Source: an uncultured Planctomycetia bacterium (lineage in GTDB: Bacteria > Omnitrophota > Gorgyraeia > Tantalellales > Tantalellaceae). From it: DNA of 64,000 bases. Location of the stretch: positions 178 through 64,177 of the forward strand of contig CAYPCX010000012.1 of the NCBI GenBank assembly GCA_964409365.1, in the 5' to 3' direction. The translations under genes and the position numbers were made by a program. Below, in pieces: positions 30,082 to 38,330 of this stretch; position 1 is the stretch's first letter; each line of letters opens with the position of its first letter. The notes beneath the pieces are model-generated. The model was not told the DNA's origin. It saw nothing but the letters and a program-made list of their open reading frames with translations, and did not search any database.

Positions 30082-31092
30082 TTAACTCCCGTACCTAAAA
30101 TACGCCGCGCACGTGCCTTCGGACGATACCATGCACGGCCCCACCGGATGGCGCGGAGTGCATTTCTTTCCGAAAAGCTTACATTCACGGGGCGTCTTTA
30201 TCCCTTGAAGGACTTTCCCGCACACACATCCTTTCGGCAGAACACTTTTCTTTACTTTGACATTGAACTCTTTCTCCGCGTCAAGATCCTCGTACTTCTT
30301 TTTGATCTTTAGCCCGCTTCTTTCGATCTTTCCTATACCGCGCCAGACGGAATCAGCCTGTTCAAAAACCTTTTTGATAAGTTTTTTGGCTTTTGCGTTC
30401 CCGCTCCTTTTTACGGCTCTTTTGTATTCTACCTCGACACAGGCATAGCCTCTTTTTATCTGTCTTACCAGCCGTGTAACGCCTTTTATGATATCATTGT
30501 CCTCAAAACCCGTTATAACACAAGGTATTACATACTTTTTTACCACGGGCTCATAAGGAGCGCTCCCGGTTATCACGCTCACGTGTCCCGGACAGATAAA
30601 ACCGTTGACCTTGAGTTCCTTTGAGCCGGCTATCGCTTCAAGCGCCGGAAAGATGACCTTGAAACCGGAAAGCACAAAAAAGTTCTTCACTCCACGTTTT
30701 TTGGCTTCGATTATCGTCGCCGCCACCGTAGGAGAAGTGGTCTCAAAACCCACTCCCATGAAGACAACCCTTTTCGAAGGGTTCTTCTCGGCTATTTCCA
30801 AAGCATCCGCCGAGGAATACACCACACGCACATCCGCGCCTTCGGTTTTCATCCGGTCCAAACTTCCCGAACTTCCGGGCACGCGCATCATATCACCGAA
30901 GGTCGTCATGATGACGTTCTCCTCCCCGGCTATCTTCAGGGCCTTGTCTATATCTTCCTGGGAGGTCACGCACACGGGACAACCCGGGCCGGATATAAGC
31001 TCGACTTCTTTGGGTAGGAGCTTTTTTATGCCCGACCTGGCGATAGCCATCGTATGCGTCCCGCAGACCTCCATCAGCTTGATCGTCTTCAT
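30082..31092 (-). CDS. hypD: Hydrogenase maturation protein HypD
   Basis: MEVCGTH, GPGCPVC, GFETT and GPCMVSSEGTC; start at 31092 or 31116. Confidence 0.95.
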   Translation of the reverse strand: MKTIKLMEVCGTHTMAIARSGIKKLLPKEVELISGPGCPVCVTSQEDIDKALKIAGEENVIMTTFGDMMRVPGSSGSLDRMKTEGADVRVVYSSADALEIAEKNPSKRVVFMGVGFETTSPTVAATIIEAKKRGVKNFFVLSGFKVIFPALEAIAGSKELKVNGFICPGHVSVITGSAPYEPVVKKYVIPCVITGFEDNDIIKGVTRLVRQIKRGYACVEVEYKRAVKRSGNAKAKKLIKKVFEQADSVWRGIGKIERSGLKIKKKYEDLDAEKEFNVKVKKSVLPKGCVCGKVLQGIKTPRECKLFGKKCTPRHPVGPCMVSSEGTCAAYFRYGS

Positions 31093-31104
31093 AATAGAAA
31101 TATA

Positions 31105-31159
31105 TTCTGGGGACATTTTTGCGCGCCTACATACCGCCTACACAAAAGTGTCCCCAGAA
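31105..31159. repeat. REP-like inverted repeat at the hypC/hypD junction
   Basis: ttctggggacattttt ... aaaagtgtccccagaa (15/16 complementary); overlaps the hypC 3' end. Confidence 0.75.
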
Positions 31160-31398
31160 CCTCCGTTTACACTCTCGGCGTTTATCACCGCTCTTAATTC
31201 GCCCAGGACCTTCTCCGTGTCTTCCGCCTCTTCCTTTGTGACTTTCCCGATCGCAAAACCGGCGTGCACGAGGACATGGTCGCCCTTCTTTACGCCGGCC
31301 AGGACGCCGAGCGATATCTCCCTTTTCACGCCGCCGAAATCAACGACGGCTTTTTCTCCCAAAATTTTAGTAATCCTCGCTGGAACTGCCAAACACAT
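31138..31398 (-). CDS. hypC: Hydrogenase maturation chaperone HypC
   Basis: MCLAVP and GDHVLVHAGFAI. Confidence 0.95.
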   Translation of the reverse strand: MCLAVPARITKILGEKAVVDFGGVKREISLGVLAGVKKGDHVLVHAGFAIGKVTKEEAEDTEKVLGELRAVINAESVNGGSGDTFV

Positions 31399-31438
31399 AG
31401 TATTACCTCATAGTATTATAAACACCCGCCATAAAGAG

Positions 31439-31578
31439 GTATCTTAATTGCCTTGAGCGGGGCGTCAATGACCGAGCGAGCATGGTGTCCGCGCGAAGCG
31501 CGGACGAGCGAGGGAATTGTCGAGACCGATTCCCTCGCTGGGGAAATCGGTCGTCCCTGCGAGAGGCAGTTAAGATAC
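31439..31578. repeat. Structured interspersed element, copy 1
   Basis: Terminal inverted repeat (14/15), internal hairpins, and a 58-nt core 50/58 identical to 32708-32765. Confidence 0.8.
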
Positions 31579-32637
31579 CCAGTGACAAGCCACGAAATAC
31601 TGCCCCATCGCGATATTCAGGTCGTTCACCGGATTTGACCTGTTAATGAAAGTTTGATATCCCGCTCCTATCAAATCCCTGAGCGCTCTTTCCTTCAGGT
31701 ACCCGTTCTGGAACACGCCTCCGCTGAGCGCGATATCCCTTACGCCCGTCTTCTTTGACAATTTCTTCACGACCTCCACGATAATATTCCCCATGGAATT
31801 ATGGAACCTGGCCGCTATGATCTTCTTACTTTTTCCCCTACCCATATCCCGTACCATACCGCGAAAAAGGCCGTCTGTCCCGATCACGCACATACCGTTC
31901 TCCCTGGATATGTCAAAGGGATATGAACCCTCTTCTTTCTTATCGCACATCGCCTCGAGCTTTATCGGACCTTCTGATTCACGTGAAGCATGCGTACAGA
32001 TCCCTAAAAGAGCCGCGGCGGCGTCAAAGAGGCGTCCCGCGCTCGATGTGAGCGGCGAGTTGATCTCTTTTGACATCATTTCTAACACAAGACCTTTTTG
32101 TTTTCTACTGACGCCCTTGACCATCTTCGCCCCGCCGGGACCCAGCACGCTGAGCACCATTCTCCAGGGCTCGGATACTGCTTTATCTCCGCCGGGCATC
32201 ATGCGGTATTTCAGGTGAGCGAGCCGCTTAAAACCCTTTTTGTCCACAAGAAGGAACTCCCCTCCCCATATGTTGCCGTCAGTGCCATAACCGGTACCAT
32301 CGAAGGAAACACCTATAACGGGACCTTTAAGGGAGTATTCCTCCATCACGCTTGCAATATGAGCGTGGTGATGCTGCACGGGAAGTATCGAGTATCGGGT
32401 ATCGAGTATCGAGAGTTCCTTGGCAAACCGTGTGGAAAAATAAGCGGGGTGCAGGTCACATGCTATAACACCGGGGCTTACCTTTCCGGCCGCCTTGCGG
32501 ACTTGGCGCCTAAAGCGCTCATAGTTCTCCGCATCGCCCAGGTCCCCCATCTCGGGGCCGGCTTTAAAGCTCTTCCCCTCCGCGAGAAGAAACCTGTTCT
32601 TTATATCCGCTCCTAATGCGAGTATTGTCTTACTCAT
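31570..32637 (-). CDS. hypF: Truncated HypF (Kae1-like C-terminal domain only)
   Basis: CDLHPAY, QHHHAH, DGTGYG..G.IWGGE, TSSAGRLFDA and LSGGVFQN; no acylphosphatase, Zn-finger or YrdC domains; start set at MSKTIL. Confidence 0.85.
   Translation of the reverse strand: MSKTILALGADIKNRFLLAEGKSFKAGPEMGDLGDAENYERFRRQVRKAAGKVSPGVIACDLHPAYFSTRFAKELSILDTRYSILPVQHHHAHIASVMEEYSLKGPVIGVSFDGTGYGTDGNIWGGEFLLVDKKGFKRLAHLKYRMMPGGDKAVSEPWRMVLSVLGPGGAKMVKGVSRKQKGLVLEMMSKEINSPLTSSAGRLFDAAAALLGICTHASRESEGPIKLEAMCDKKEEGSYPFDISRENGMCVIGTDGLFRGMVRDMGRGKSKKIIAARFHNSMGNIIVEVVKKLSKKTGVRDIALSGGVFQNGYLKERALRDLIGAGYQTFINRSNPVNDLNIAMGQYFVACHWVS
32384..32411. repeat. Heptamer repeat (AGTATCG)x4 inside hypF
   Basis: Reverse complement of the unit at 3889-3965; encodes SILDTRYSIL just before VQHHHAH. 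Confidence 0.9.
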
Positions 32638-32654
32638 GACTGGTCTACTGGAAA

Positions 32655-32778
32655 TGTTCGAACTGTTCCGAGCGGGCACGGTCCCCGAGGGCCAAAGGCC
32701 CGAGGGGGAGCGAGGGAATGACAGAGGCCGATTCCCTCGCTGGGGGGATCGGCCGTCCCTGCGAGGACAGCTCAAACA
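32655..32778. repeat. Structured interspersed element, copy 2
   Basis: Same core as 31506-31563 with a compensatory base-pair change; different closing stem. Confidence 0.8.
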
Positions 32779-32789
32779 TTTGTTGTACA

Positions 32790-33032
32790 TCATTCTATAT
32801 CAAATGACAATACCTGGATTATCGTTCCCGGGAACATGGTTATCTCGAGGTCCGCCCCTTCAAGAAGAGTTCCCTTAGCCAGGACGGAAAAGGTTTCTTT
32901 GAAAGAATCCTCTTTCACACCTGTTAATTCCCCGACCTTGAGTTTCACGTTGGTGACCTTCTTGCCGCCTTCTTTCTCCGTATGCTCGGCTATACCCTTT
33001 ATGATAGGCTCTATAAGATGTGTCTCATGCAT
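32790..33032 (-). CDS. hypA: Short HypA lacking the Zn-finger
   Basis: MHE Ni-binding start and KVGELTGV; 80 aa with no Cys. Confidence 0.85.
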   Translation of the reverse strand: MHETHLIEPIIKGIAEHTEKEGGKKVTNVKLKVGELTGVKEDSFKETFSVLAKGTLLEGADLEITMFPGTIIQVLSFDIE

Positions 33033-33069
33033 TTTTTGCCTCCTTAAAAATTAAATGGTACGACAAACA

Positions 33070-33172
33070 GTAACCAGAAACCAGTTTCCAGTCCAGTTAC
33101 TGGTTACCGGTTACTGGTCACTTGTTACTCTATCCTTTTTCCTTTATCCTTGTTACTGTTCACTGGTTACTT
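33070..33172. repeat. Composite heptamer tract (GTTACTG in both orientations plus TWTCCTT)
   Basis: gtaacca gaaacca ... gttactg gttaccg gttactg gtcactt gttactc tatcctt tttcctt tatcctt gttactg. Confidence 0.8.
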
Positions 33173-33617
33173 TTTTAATCGCCGCCACGATCTCTCCAAG
33201 CGCCTTTTTCACGCTATCCGACATCTCTTCCCCGAATGCCACGTTACCCGGCTGCACCGCGAGCATGTAGATATCGGCTTTTGTTTCTTGCTCAAGGTAT
33301 TCAATGGCCATGACCGGTGAAAGGTCATGCGTGGTAAAACCCGACCTCACTATTTCGTCCTTATGCAGTATATCGTATGTCCCCGGGGCGGCATCCATAT
33401 GGACCGCATCGGCTATTATCACGGTATCCGGCTTCTCCCTGGCTATCTTGCCCAGGTAATTTTCCGGGGCGCTGCCGGCATCGATGCATATAAGGTGTCC
33501 TTCACCGGCAAGTATTTCCGCCAGCCGGGGGCCGAAGGCATCATCCCCCTTAAGGATGTTGCCTACACCCAGAAGAACGGTCTTCCCTTTAATAATCTTA
33601 TTAAAGATATTATCCAT
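33153..33617 (-). CDS. hycI: Hydrogenase maturation protease (HycI-like)
   Basis: LGVGNILKGDDAFG, APEN, IADA and TTH. Confidence 0.9.
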   Translation of the reverse strand: MDNIFNKIIKGKTVLLGVGNILKGDDAFGPRLAEILAGEGHLICIDAGSAPENYLGKIAREKPDTVIIADAVHMDAAPGTYDILHKDEIVRSGFTTHDLSPVMAIEYLEQETKADIYMLAVQPGNVAFGEEMSDSVKKALGEIVAAIKKVTSEQ

Positions 33618-33653
33618 AAAGCAAAGGTGGCGTTTGGAGGTGGCGTTCGCGCT

Positions 33654-34286
33654 CTACTTCTTCGCCGGTTCTTCTTTAGTAGTAAGGGTGGACTCCCGCC
33701 TGCAACGTGCGCATACTATCTTCACCCTGTCGGACCTCCCGTAATCCTTCATAGCGGAAATAATATTTTCATCTACAATACCAAGTTCCTTGAGACGGGT
33801 AAGATACAGGGTGGGGTTGGAGAACGTCAGTTCTCCCAGTCTTTCCGCTATCCATTTCAGGTGGTCCTTGCATGCGATGGGGTCGCCGCAGCATTCACAG
33901 AGCTGGAGTTCTTTTTCTATCGATTCCTCGGCCTCTTTCCTCTCGAAGAAAGAAAGCTCCCAGTCGGTCGAAAGTTTTATGCCTTCCTTGTCGGCCAGGC
34001 AGTTGGCTTCGCACTGGCCGCAAAATATGCATGTATCCGTATAATGTATCATTTTTCTTTTCGGGTCGGCCGGGTCGGTAGAATCCTCAAAAGCCAGGGC
34101 CTCGACCGGGCACACGCTCACGCAAGCCAGGCACCCCACGCACTTTTCTTCGTTATATTTCGGCTGACCCCGAAAGTTCTTATGGGCTACGTGCTCGGCC
34201 TTGGGGAACTTCGAAGTGTATGGCCCTTTAATAAGCGCCTTCACCGCTTCTATGATCTCTCTTATCTTCGGCTTGGGGATCCTCAT
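33654..34286 (-). CDS. 4Fe-4S subunit (NuoI/MbhN-like) with extra Cys motifs
   Basis: FRGQP, CVGCLACVSVCP, CIFCGQCEANC, plus CECC and CARC. Confidence 0.85.
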   Translation of the reverse strand: MRIPKPKIREIIEAVKALIKGPYTSKFPKAEHVAHKNFRGQPKYNEEKCVGCLACVSVCPVEALAFEDSTDPADPKRKMIHYTDTCIFCGQCEANCLADKEGIKLSTDWELSFFERKEAEESIEKELQLCECCGDPIACKDHLKWIAERLGELTFSNPTLYLTRLKELGIVDENIISAMKDYGRSDRVKIVCARCRRESTLTTKEEPAKK

Positions 34287-34622
34287 CTATTTTTCACCCT
34301 CTTTATCCTCGGCATACCTGTCGATGACGCTTTTCTCCCACAGCTTCACGCCGGCCCTGTGCGCGCCCCTTGCCACCGCATGCGCCGCCACGGGCGCCGT
34401 GAGTAGAATGAATATAATACAGAGAAGCGACTTAAGCCCGGCCGCGGTGAACCCCACGATCATGAACACACCGAAAAGTATGCTGCACGTGCCCAGGGTA
34501 ACGCTCTTCGTGGCGGCCTGCAAGCGGTTATACACATCCGGCAGGCGCACAAGACCTAAGCATCCGAGGAGGTCGAATGCCAGGCCTATGCTCACGAATG
34601 CCAGACCTATGATATCACTCAT
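34287..34622 (-). CDS. mnhG: Mrp antiporter subunit G (MbhC-like)
   Basis: RLPDVYNRLQAATK and LTAPVAAHAVAR. Confidence 0.9.
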   Translation of the reverse strand: MSDIIGLAFVSIGLAFDLLGCLGLVRLPDVYNRLQAATKSVTLGTCSILFGVFMIVGFTAAGLKSLLCIIFILLTAPVAAHAVARGAHRAGVKLWEKSVIDRYAEDKEGEK

Positions 34623-34983
34623 CGAAATCCTTCCCTTCGAGATATTTCGAAAGCGCCAGCGTACCTATGAAGCTCTGTAGCGCCCAGGCAATGCCTATGT
34701 CTATGTACCACATCCTGCCCGTGGAAATGCTCAGGATGGCGCAAAAACCTATGATCATGATACCGAAAATATCAATAGCAACGATACGGTCCGCCCCAGT
34801 CGGGCCCCTGAATATCCTGAAGAGGCACAGACAGCATGAGAGGACCAATATATAGATCGCCCTTCCCATGAAACCCGTGTAAGGCAGGTCGGGATAGAAA
34901 AGATATGCGAACGGCCTGAAGAGTATTATGAATATTATGACTCCCAGTATCGCCGCCCCTATGATCCACCTTATTATTTTCAT
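34615..34983 (-). CDS. mnhF: Mrp antiporter subunit F (MbhB-like)
   Basis: RIFRGPTGADRIVAID and FIGTLALSKYL. Confidence 0.9.
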   Translation of the reverse strand: MKIIRWIIGAAILGVIIFIILFRPFAYLFYPDLPYTGFMGRAIYILVLSCCLCLFRIFRGPTGADRIVAIDIFGIMIIGFCAILSISTGRMWYIDIGIAWALQSFIGTLALSKYLEGKDFDE

Positions 34984-34995
34984 CTATCTTGTCCT

Positions 34996-35496
34996 CTATT
35001 CAAATATCTTTTCGAGTATGTGCTCGAACTTGTCCACAATGATCTTAGTGGCTTTCTCAACGTCCTTGTCCTGCACATTGATCCAGTGGATGTAAAGCAC
35101 CCCGTTGTCGGCGTCTATATCCACGCTCATGGTCCCGGGCGTCAAGGTTATAGAATTGGCCAGGAACGTCAACCCCGTATCGGATCTTAATTTAGTTTTC
35201 ACTTTCACTATACCGGGATTTATAGGGAGCGCCGGATGTAGCACGCGGTAAGCCACGTCGATGTTCGCCTTGATACACTCCCACAGGAACTTCGGGAGAT
35301 AATGGGCCACAAAATACCAGTACCTGTGCGGATGACTGAGCATCTGCGTCCTTTTCACGAACATGTCCCCCGTCAGGAGCGCCACGAGAAGCGCCACCGG
35401 GATACCGACCAGAAGGTCCTGCCAGTCCGGCACCCAGTTCAGGAAACACCAGATAATGAAGCCCAGAATGAAGAGGATCGCCCTGCTTTTCATCAT
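34996..35496 (-). CDS. mnhE: Mrp antiporter subunit E (MbhA-like)
   Basis: ANIDVA, INPGIV and LANSITLTPGT. Confidence 0.9.
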   Translation of the reverse strand: MMKSRAILFILGFIIWCFLNWVPDWQDLLVGIPVALLVALLTGDMFVKRTQMLSHPHRYWYFVAHYLPKFLWECIKANIDVAYRVLHPALPINPGIVKVKTKLRSDTGLTFLANSITLTPGTMSVDIDADNGVLYIHWINVQDKDVEKATKIIVDKFEHILEKIFE

Positions 35497-36998
35497 CCTA
35501 TCTCCTTAAAAACGACCGCGGCGTACTTTACCCCTTCCAGCAGGGTGTCAGCCGCCTTGCTCAGGAACATCTCGTCTATCTTTCCGTAAGCGAGTATGCC
35601 GCCGGCCAAACAAACCAGGGCAAGCGTCGCCATCGAGATCTTCATGAAAAGCGGCACTTCCCTGATCCCGGCCCATTTCTCTTTGAGTTTGTCGAAAAAG
35701 GCATATTTCATGACCTTCATGAAGGACGCCAGAGTGAGCACGCTCGCCACCACGGCCCAGAACGCATATCCGTACCGGCCTGCCTGCACACACGCGATTA
35801 TTATTATCAGCTTGCTCCAGAAACCGTTAAAGGGCGGTATGCCGGCGATCGCCATGGATGCGAAAAGACTGGTCGTCCCCGTAACCGGCATCTTTTGTAT
35901 CAGCCCTCCCATTTCCTTCAGGTCACGCGTATCCGTGGAATATTCTACCGCTCCTGAATTCAAGAAAAGAAGCGATTTAAAGACGGAGTGGTTAAAAAGA
36001 TGGAAAAGCCCCCCCAGTATCCCGAGCGGGGTCCCCAAGCCTATACCGAGTATCACGTACCCTATCTGGCTGATCGAGTGGTACGCTAAAAGACGTTTGA
36101 AATCCCACTGCCCGATAGCCAAAAAGACGCCTATGACCATTGAAAGCGCCCCCAGAAAGAGAAGTATATTGGATACCTCAGGCGTGAACCCCAGTACATT
36201 AAAGAATATCCTGCAGATCGCATAGACACCGAGCGATTTGATAAGCACTCCTGAAAGCATGGCCGATATGGGCGCCGGTGCCGAGGGATGCGCATCAGGC
36301 AGCCATGCATGGAACGGAACGAGCGCCGCCTTGAGGCCGAAACCCATCAGGAAAAGAACCGTCGTCATTATAACTATATCCGCTCCACCCTTCTGGGCCA
36401 GGACCTGGGCCATGTCGGCCATATTCAGCGTAGAAGTATAGCCGTACAGAAATACTATCCCGAGAAGCACGAAAAGCGACCCCACCGAGCTCATTATCGC
36501 ATATTTGAAAGCCGCTTCAAGTTCATGTTTTTCCGTCCCGTACGCGACAAGGGCGTAACTGGCGACCGAAGCGATCTCAAGAAATACGAACAGGTTGAAC
36601 ATGTCGCCGGATATCACTACCCCGTTCATACCCGCGAGCATCAGGAGGAACAGGCAGTAGAACTTCCACTTGGATGTGAACTTCTCCATGTAGTTTATAG
36701 AGAACACCGCTATGGCGAATGCCATAAGGTTCACGGTGACCAGCATGAACGAGGTCATGCCGTCCATCACCATGGCTATACCTATGGGAGGTTTCCACCC
36801 GCCGACCGCGTACACTAAAGTCCCGTAGTCGTTCACCAGTTTGACGGAAAAGATCGAAAGCGCAAAAAGTGTCAGGGTCAGGACGCTTCCCAGGATGTCC
36901 GGTACACCTTTTATCTTCTTGCCGAGAATGGGCATCAAAAAGGCGCCGGCCAGCGGGACGGCCACAAAAAGCGGTATTATATTCTCGGCCGGTATCAT
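35493..36998 (-). CDS. mnhD: Mrp antiporter subunit D (MbhH-like)
   Basis: DMFNLFVFLEI, WLPDAHPSAP, KRLLAYHS and GIPPFNGFWSK. Confidence 0.9.
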   Translation of the reverse strand: MIPAENIIPLFVAVPLAGAFLMPILGKKIKGVPDILGSVLTLTLFALSIFSVKLVNDYGTLVYAVGGWKPPIGIAMVMDGMTSFMLVTVNLMAFAIAVFSINYMEKFTSKWKFYCLFLLMLAGMNGVVISGDMFNLFVFLEIASVASYALVAYGTEKHELEAAFKYAIMSSVGSLFVLLGIVFLYGYTSTLNMADMAQVLAQKGGADIVIMTTVLFLMGFGLKAALVPFHAWLPDAHPSAPAPISAMLSGVLIKSLGVYAICRIFFNVLGFTPEVSNILLFLGALSMVIGVFLAIGQWDFKRLLAYHSISQIGYVILGIGLGTPLGILGGLFHLFNHSVFKSLLFLNSGAVEYSTDTRDLKEMGGLIQKMPVTGTTSLFASMAIAGIPPFNGFWSKLIIIIACVQAGRYGYAFWAVVASVLTLASFMKVMKYAFFDKLKEKWAGIREVPLFMKISMATLALVCLAGGILAYGKIDEMFLSKAADTLLEGVKYAAVVFKEIG

Positions 36999-37333
36999 CC
37001 TCTTAACTCCCTGATCTTCGTTATATCGAAAGTGCCGTATTTTTCATAAATTCTCATAGCTATACCTACGAGTAAAGCGGTGGTCGCAAGACCGATGACT
37101 ATCGCGGTCAGAACGAGCGCGTGCGGCAGCGGATCGACCATATTAGCGACGTCCTGTGTCTTCGAAAAGATAGGCGCGCGGCCTTCCACCCTGTATGCGG
37201 TCAGGATAAAGAAGAGGTTCACCGCATACTCTATGATGATGACCCCTATGATCAGCTTTATGACGTTGCGCTTCCTCACGACACAGTAGATGCCCACACA
37301 AAAAAGCGCCAGAGTAAGAAGGTAAACTATCAT
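36995..37333 (-). CDS. mnhC: Mrp antiporter subunit C (MbhG-like)
   Basis: VDPLPHALVLTAIVIG. Confidence 0.9.
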   Translation of the reverse strand: MIVYLLTLALFCVGIYCVVRKRNVIKLIIGVIIIEYAVNLFFILTAYRVEGRAPIFSKTQDVANMVDPLPHALVLTAIVIGLATTALLVGIAMRIYEKYGTFDITKIRELRG

Positions 37334-37335
37334 GT

Positions 37336-37785
37336 CTATTTCTTCCCCGTGTCAAATTTTACAAGGACCAGCGCGACGAATATGGCGAAGATACCCGCGC
37401 CGACCTTAAAAGATATCGCTATATTACAGAGCGGTATGATACCCGCGCTGAAAAGATGAAAAGGCTCTCCCTTGTGCAGGAAGTTCAGGAAAAAATACCC
37501 TCCCGTGAGCCCGAGAAGCGATATTGTCAGGAACATGATCGCACCCGTACTCTCCCAGACGGACGCCGCTGACCTTGACAACTTCTTGAAAGCGGCCTCT
37601 TTTCCGTATGCCAGCATGAGATGTATGAAGGAAAGCGCTATGATAACACCCCCTGCGAACCCCCCGCCGGGCGTAAGGTGTCCATGGAGCACTATATACA
37701 TGCCGTAAAGGAAGATGGCCCCGACCGTGAGGCGGGTTATCGTCTTCACTATCAGCGACATGCCTTTACCGTGTTCGTGGCTCAT
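37336..37785 (-). CDS. mnhB: Mrp antiporter subunit B (MbhF-like)
   Basis: HGHLTPGGGFAGG. Confidence 0.9.
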   Translation of the reverse strand: MSHEHGKGMSLIVKTITRLTVGAIFLYGMYIVLHGHLTPGGGFAGGVIIALSFIHLMLAYGKEAAFKKLSRSAASVWESTGAIMFLTISLLGLTGGYFFLNFLHKGEPFHLFSAGIIPLCNIAISFKVGAGIFAIFVALVLVKFDTGKK

Positions 37786-38327
37786 TCTTCTTCCTCTACC
37801 TTTTCACCGACTTTTTTCCTGCCTATACGCCGCACCACGGCCAGTACGCCTATAACGGCCGTAAAAAGTATTGTCGCCTCCCCCAGCGTGTCATAAGCCC
37901 TGAAATCCAGTATCACCGACCCGACCAGGTTGGTCGCGCCCGTCCTTGAAAGCCCTTCCTGTATATATGTCTTAGAGACCCTCATTATGGGATACCCGAA
38001 TTCCGGGAGGTCCTTGAAACACCTCAGCGCTACAAGGAAAAAGATAGCGATAAAACATATGGTGATCACCGTATTTAACAGCCACCTGCCCGTCGTCGAA
38101 AAAGGCAGGTCCTTTTTCAGGGTGGCCCTTATCAGGATTATGAGCGCCAATATCTCGACCACCAGCTGCGTAATGGCCACGTCAGGCGCCTTGAGCTGCA
38201 AAAATACTATCGAGAGCGCGAGGCCCACCGCTCCTACCGCTATGACGGAAGAAAGCAGGTCCTTCAGCTCAACCGCTATTATCGCGCCTATGATCATCAG
38301 GACCATCAGTATTAAAAGTTCTACCAT
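37782..38327 (-). CDS. MbhD/MbhE-like fused subunit (MrpA C-terminal-like)
   Basis: KAPDVAITQ and NLVGSVILDFRAYDTLGE. Confidence 0.85.
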   Translation of the reverse strand: MVELLILMVLMIIGAIIAVELKDLLSSVIAVGAVGLALSIVFLQLKAPDVAITQLVVEILALIILIRATLKKDLPFSTTGRWLLNTVITICFIAIFFLVALRCFKDLPEFGYPIMRVSKTYIQEGLSRTGATNLVGSVILDFRAYDTLGEATILFTAVIGVLAVVRRIGRKKVGEKVEEEE

Positions 38328-38330
38328 AAG

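Noticed and set aside
31403-31638. Two 61-aa ORFs between hypC and hypF
   Set aside because: They coincide with structured element copy 1 and are probably non-coding.
32638-32793. 52-aa N-terminal extension of the HypF ORF (with CLSC)
   Set aside because: It reads through the structured repeat element and does not resemble HypF Zn fingers; the MSKTIL start is preferred.
33625-33647. Short direct repeat AGGTGGCGTT x2 between nuoI-like and hycI
   Set aside because: Too short and single-locus to support any function.
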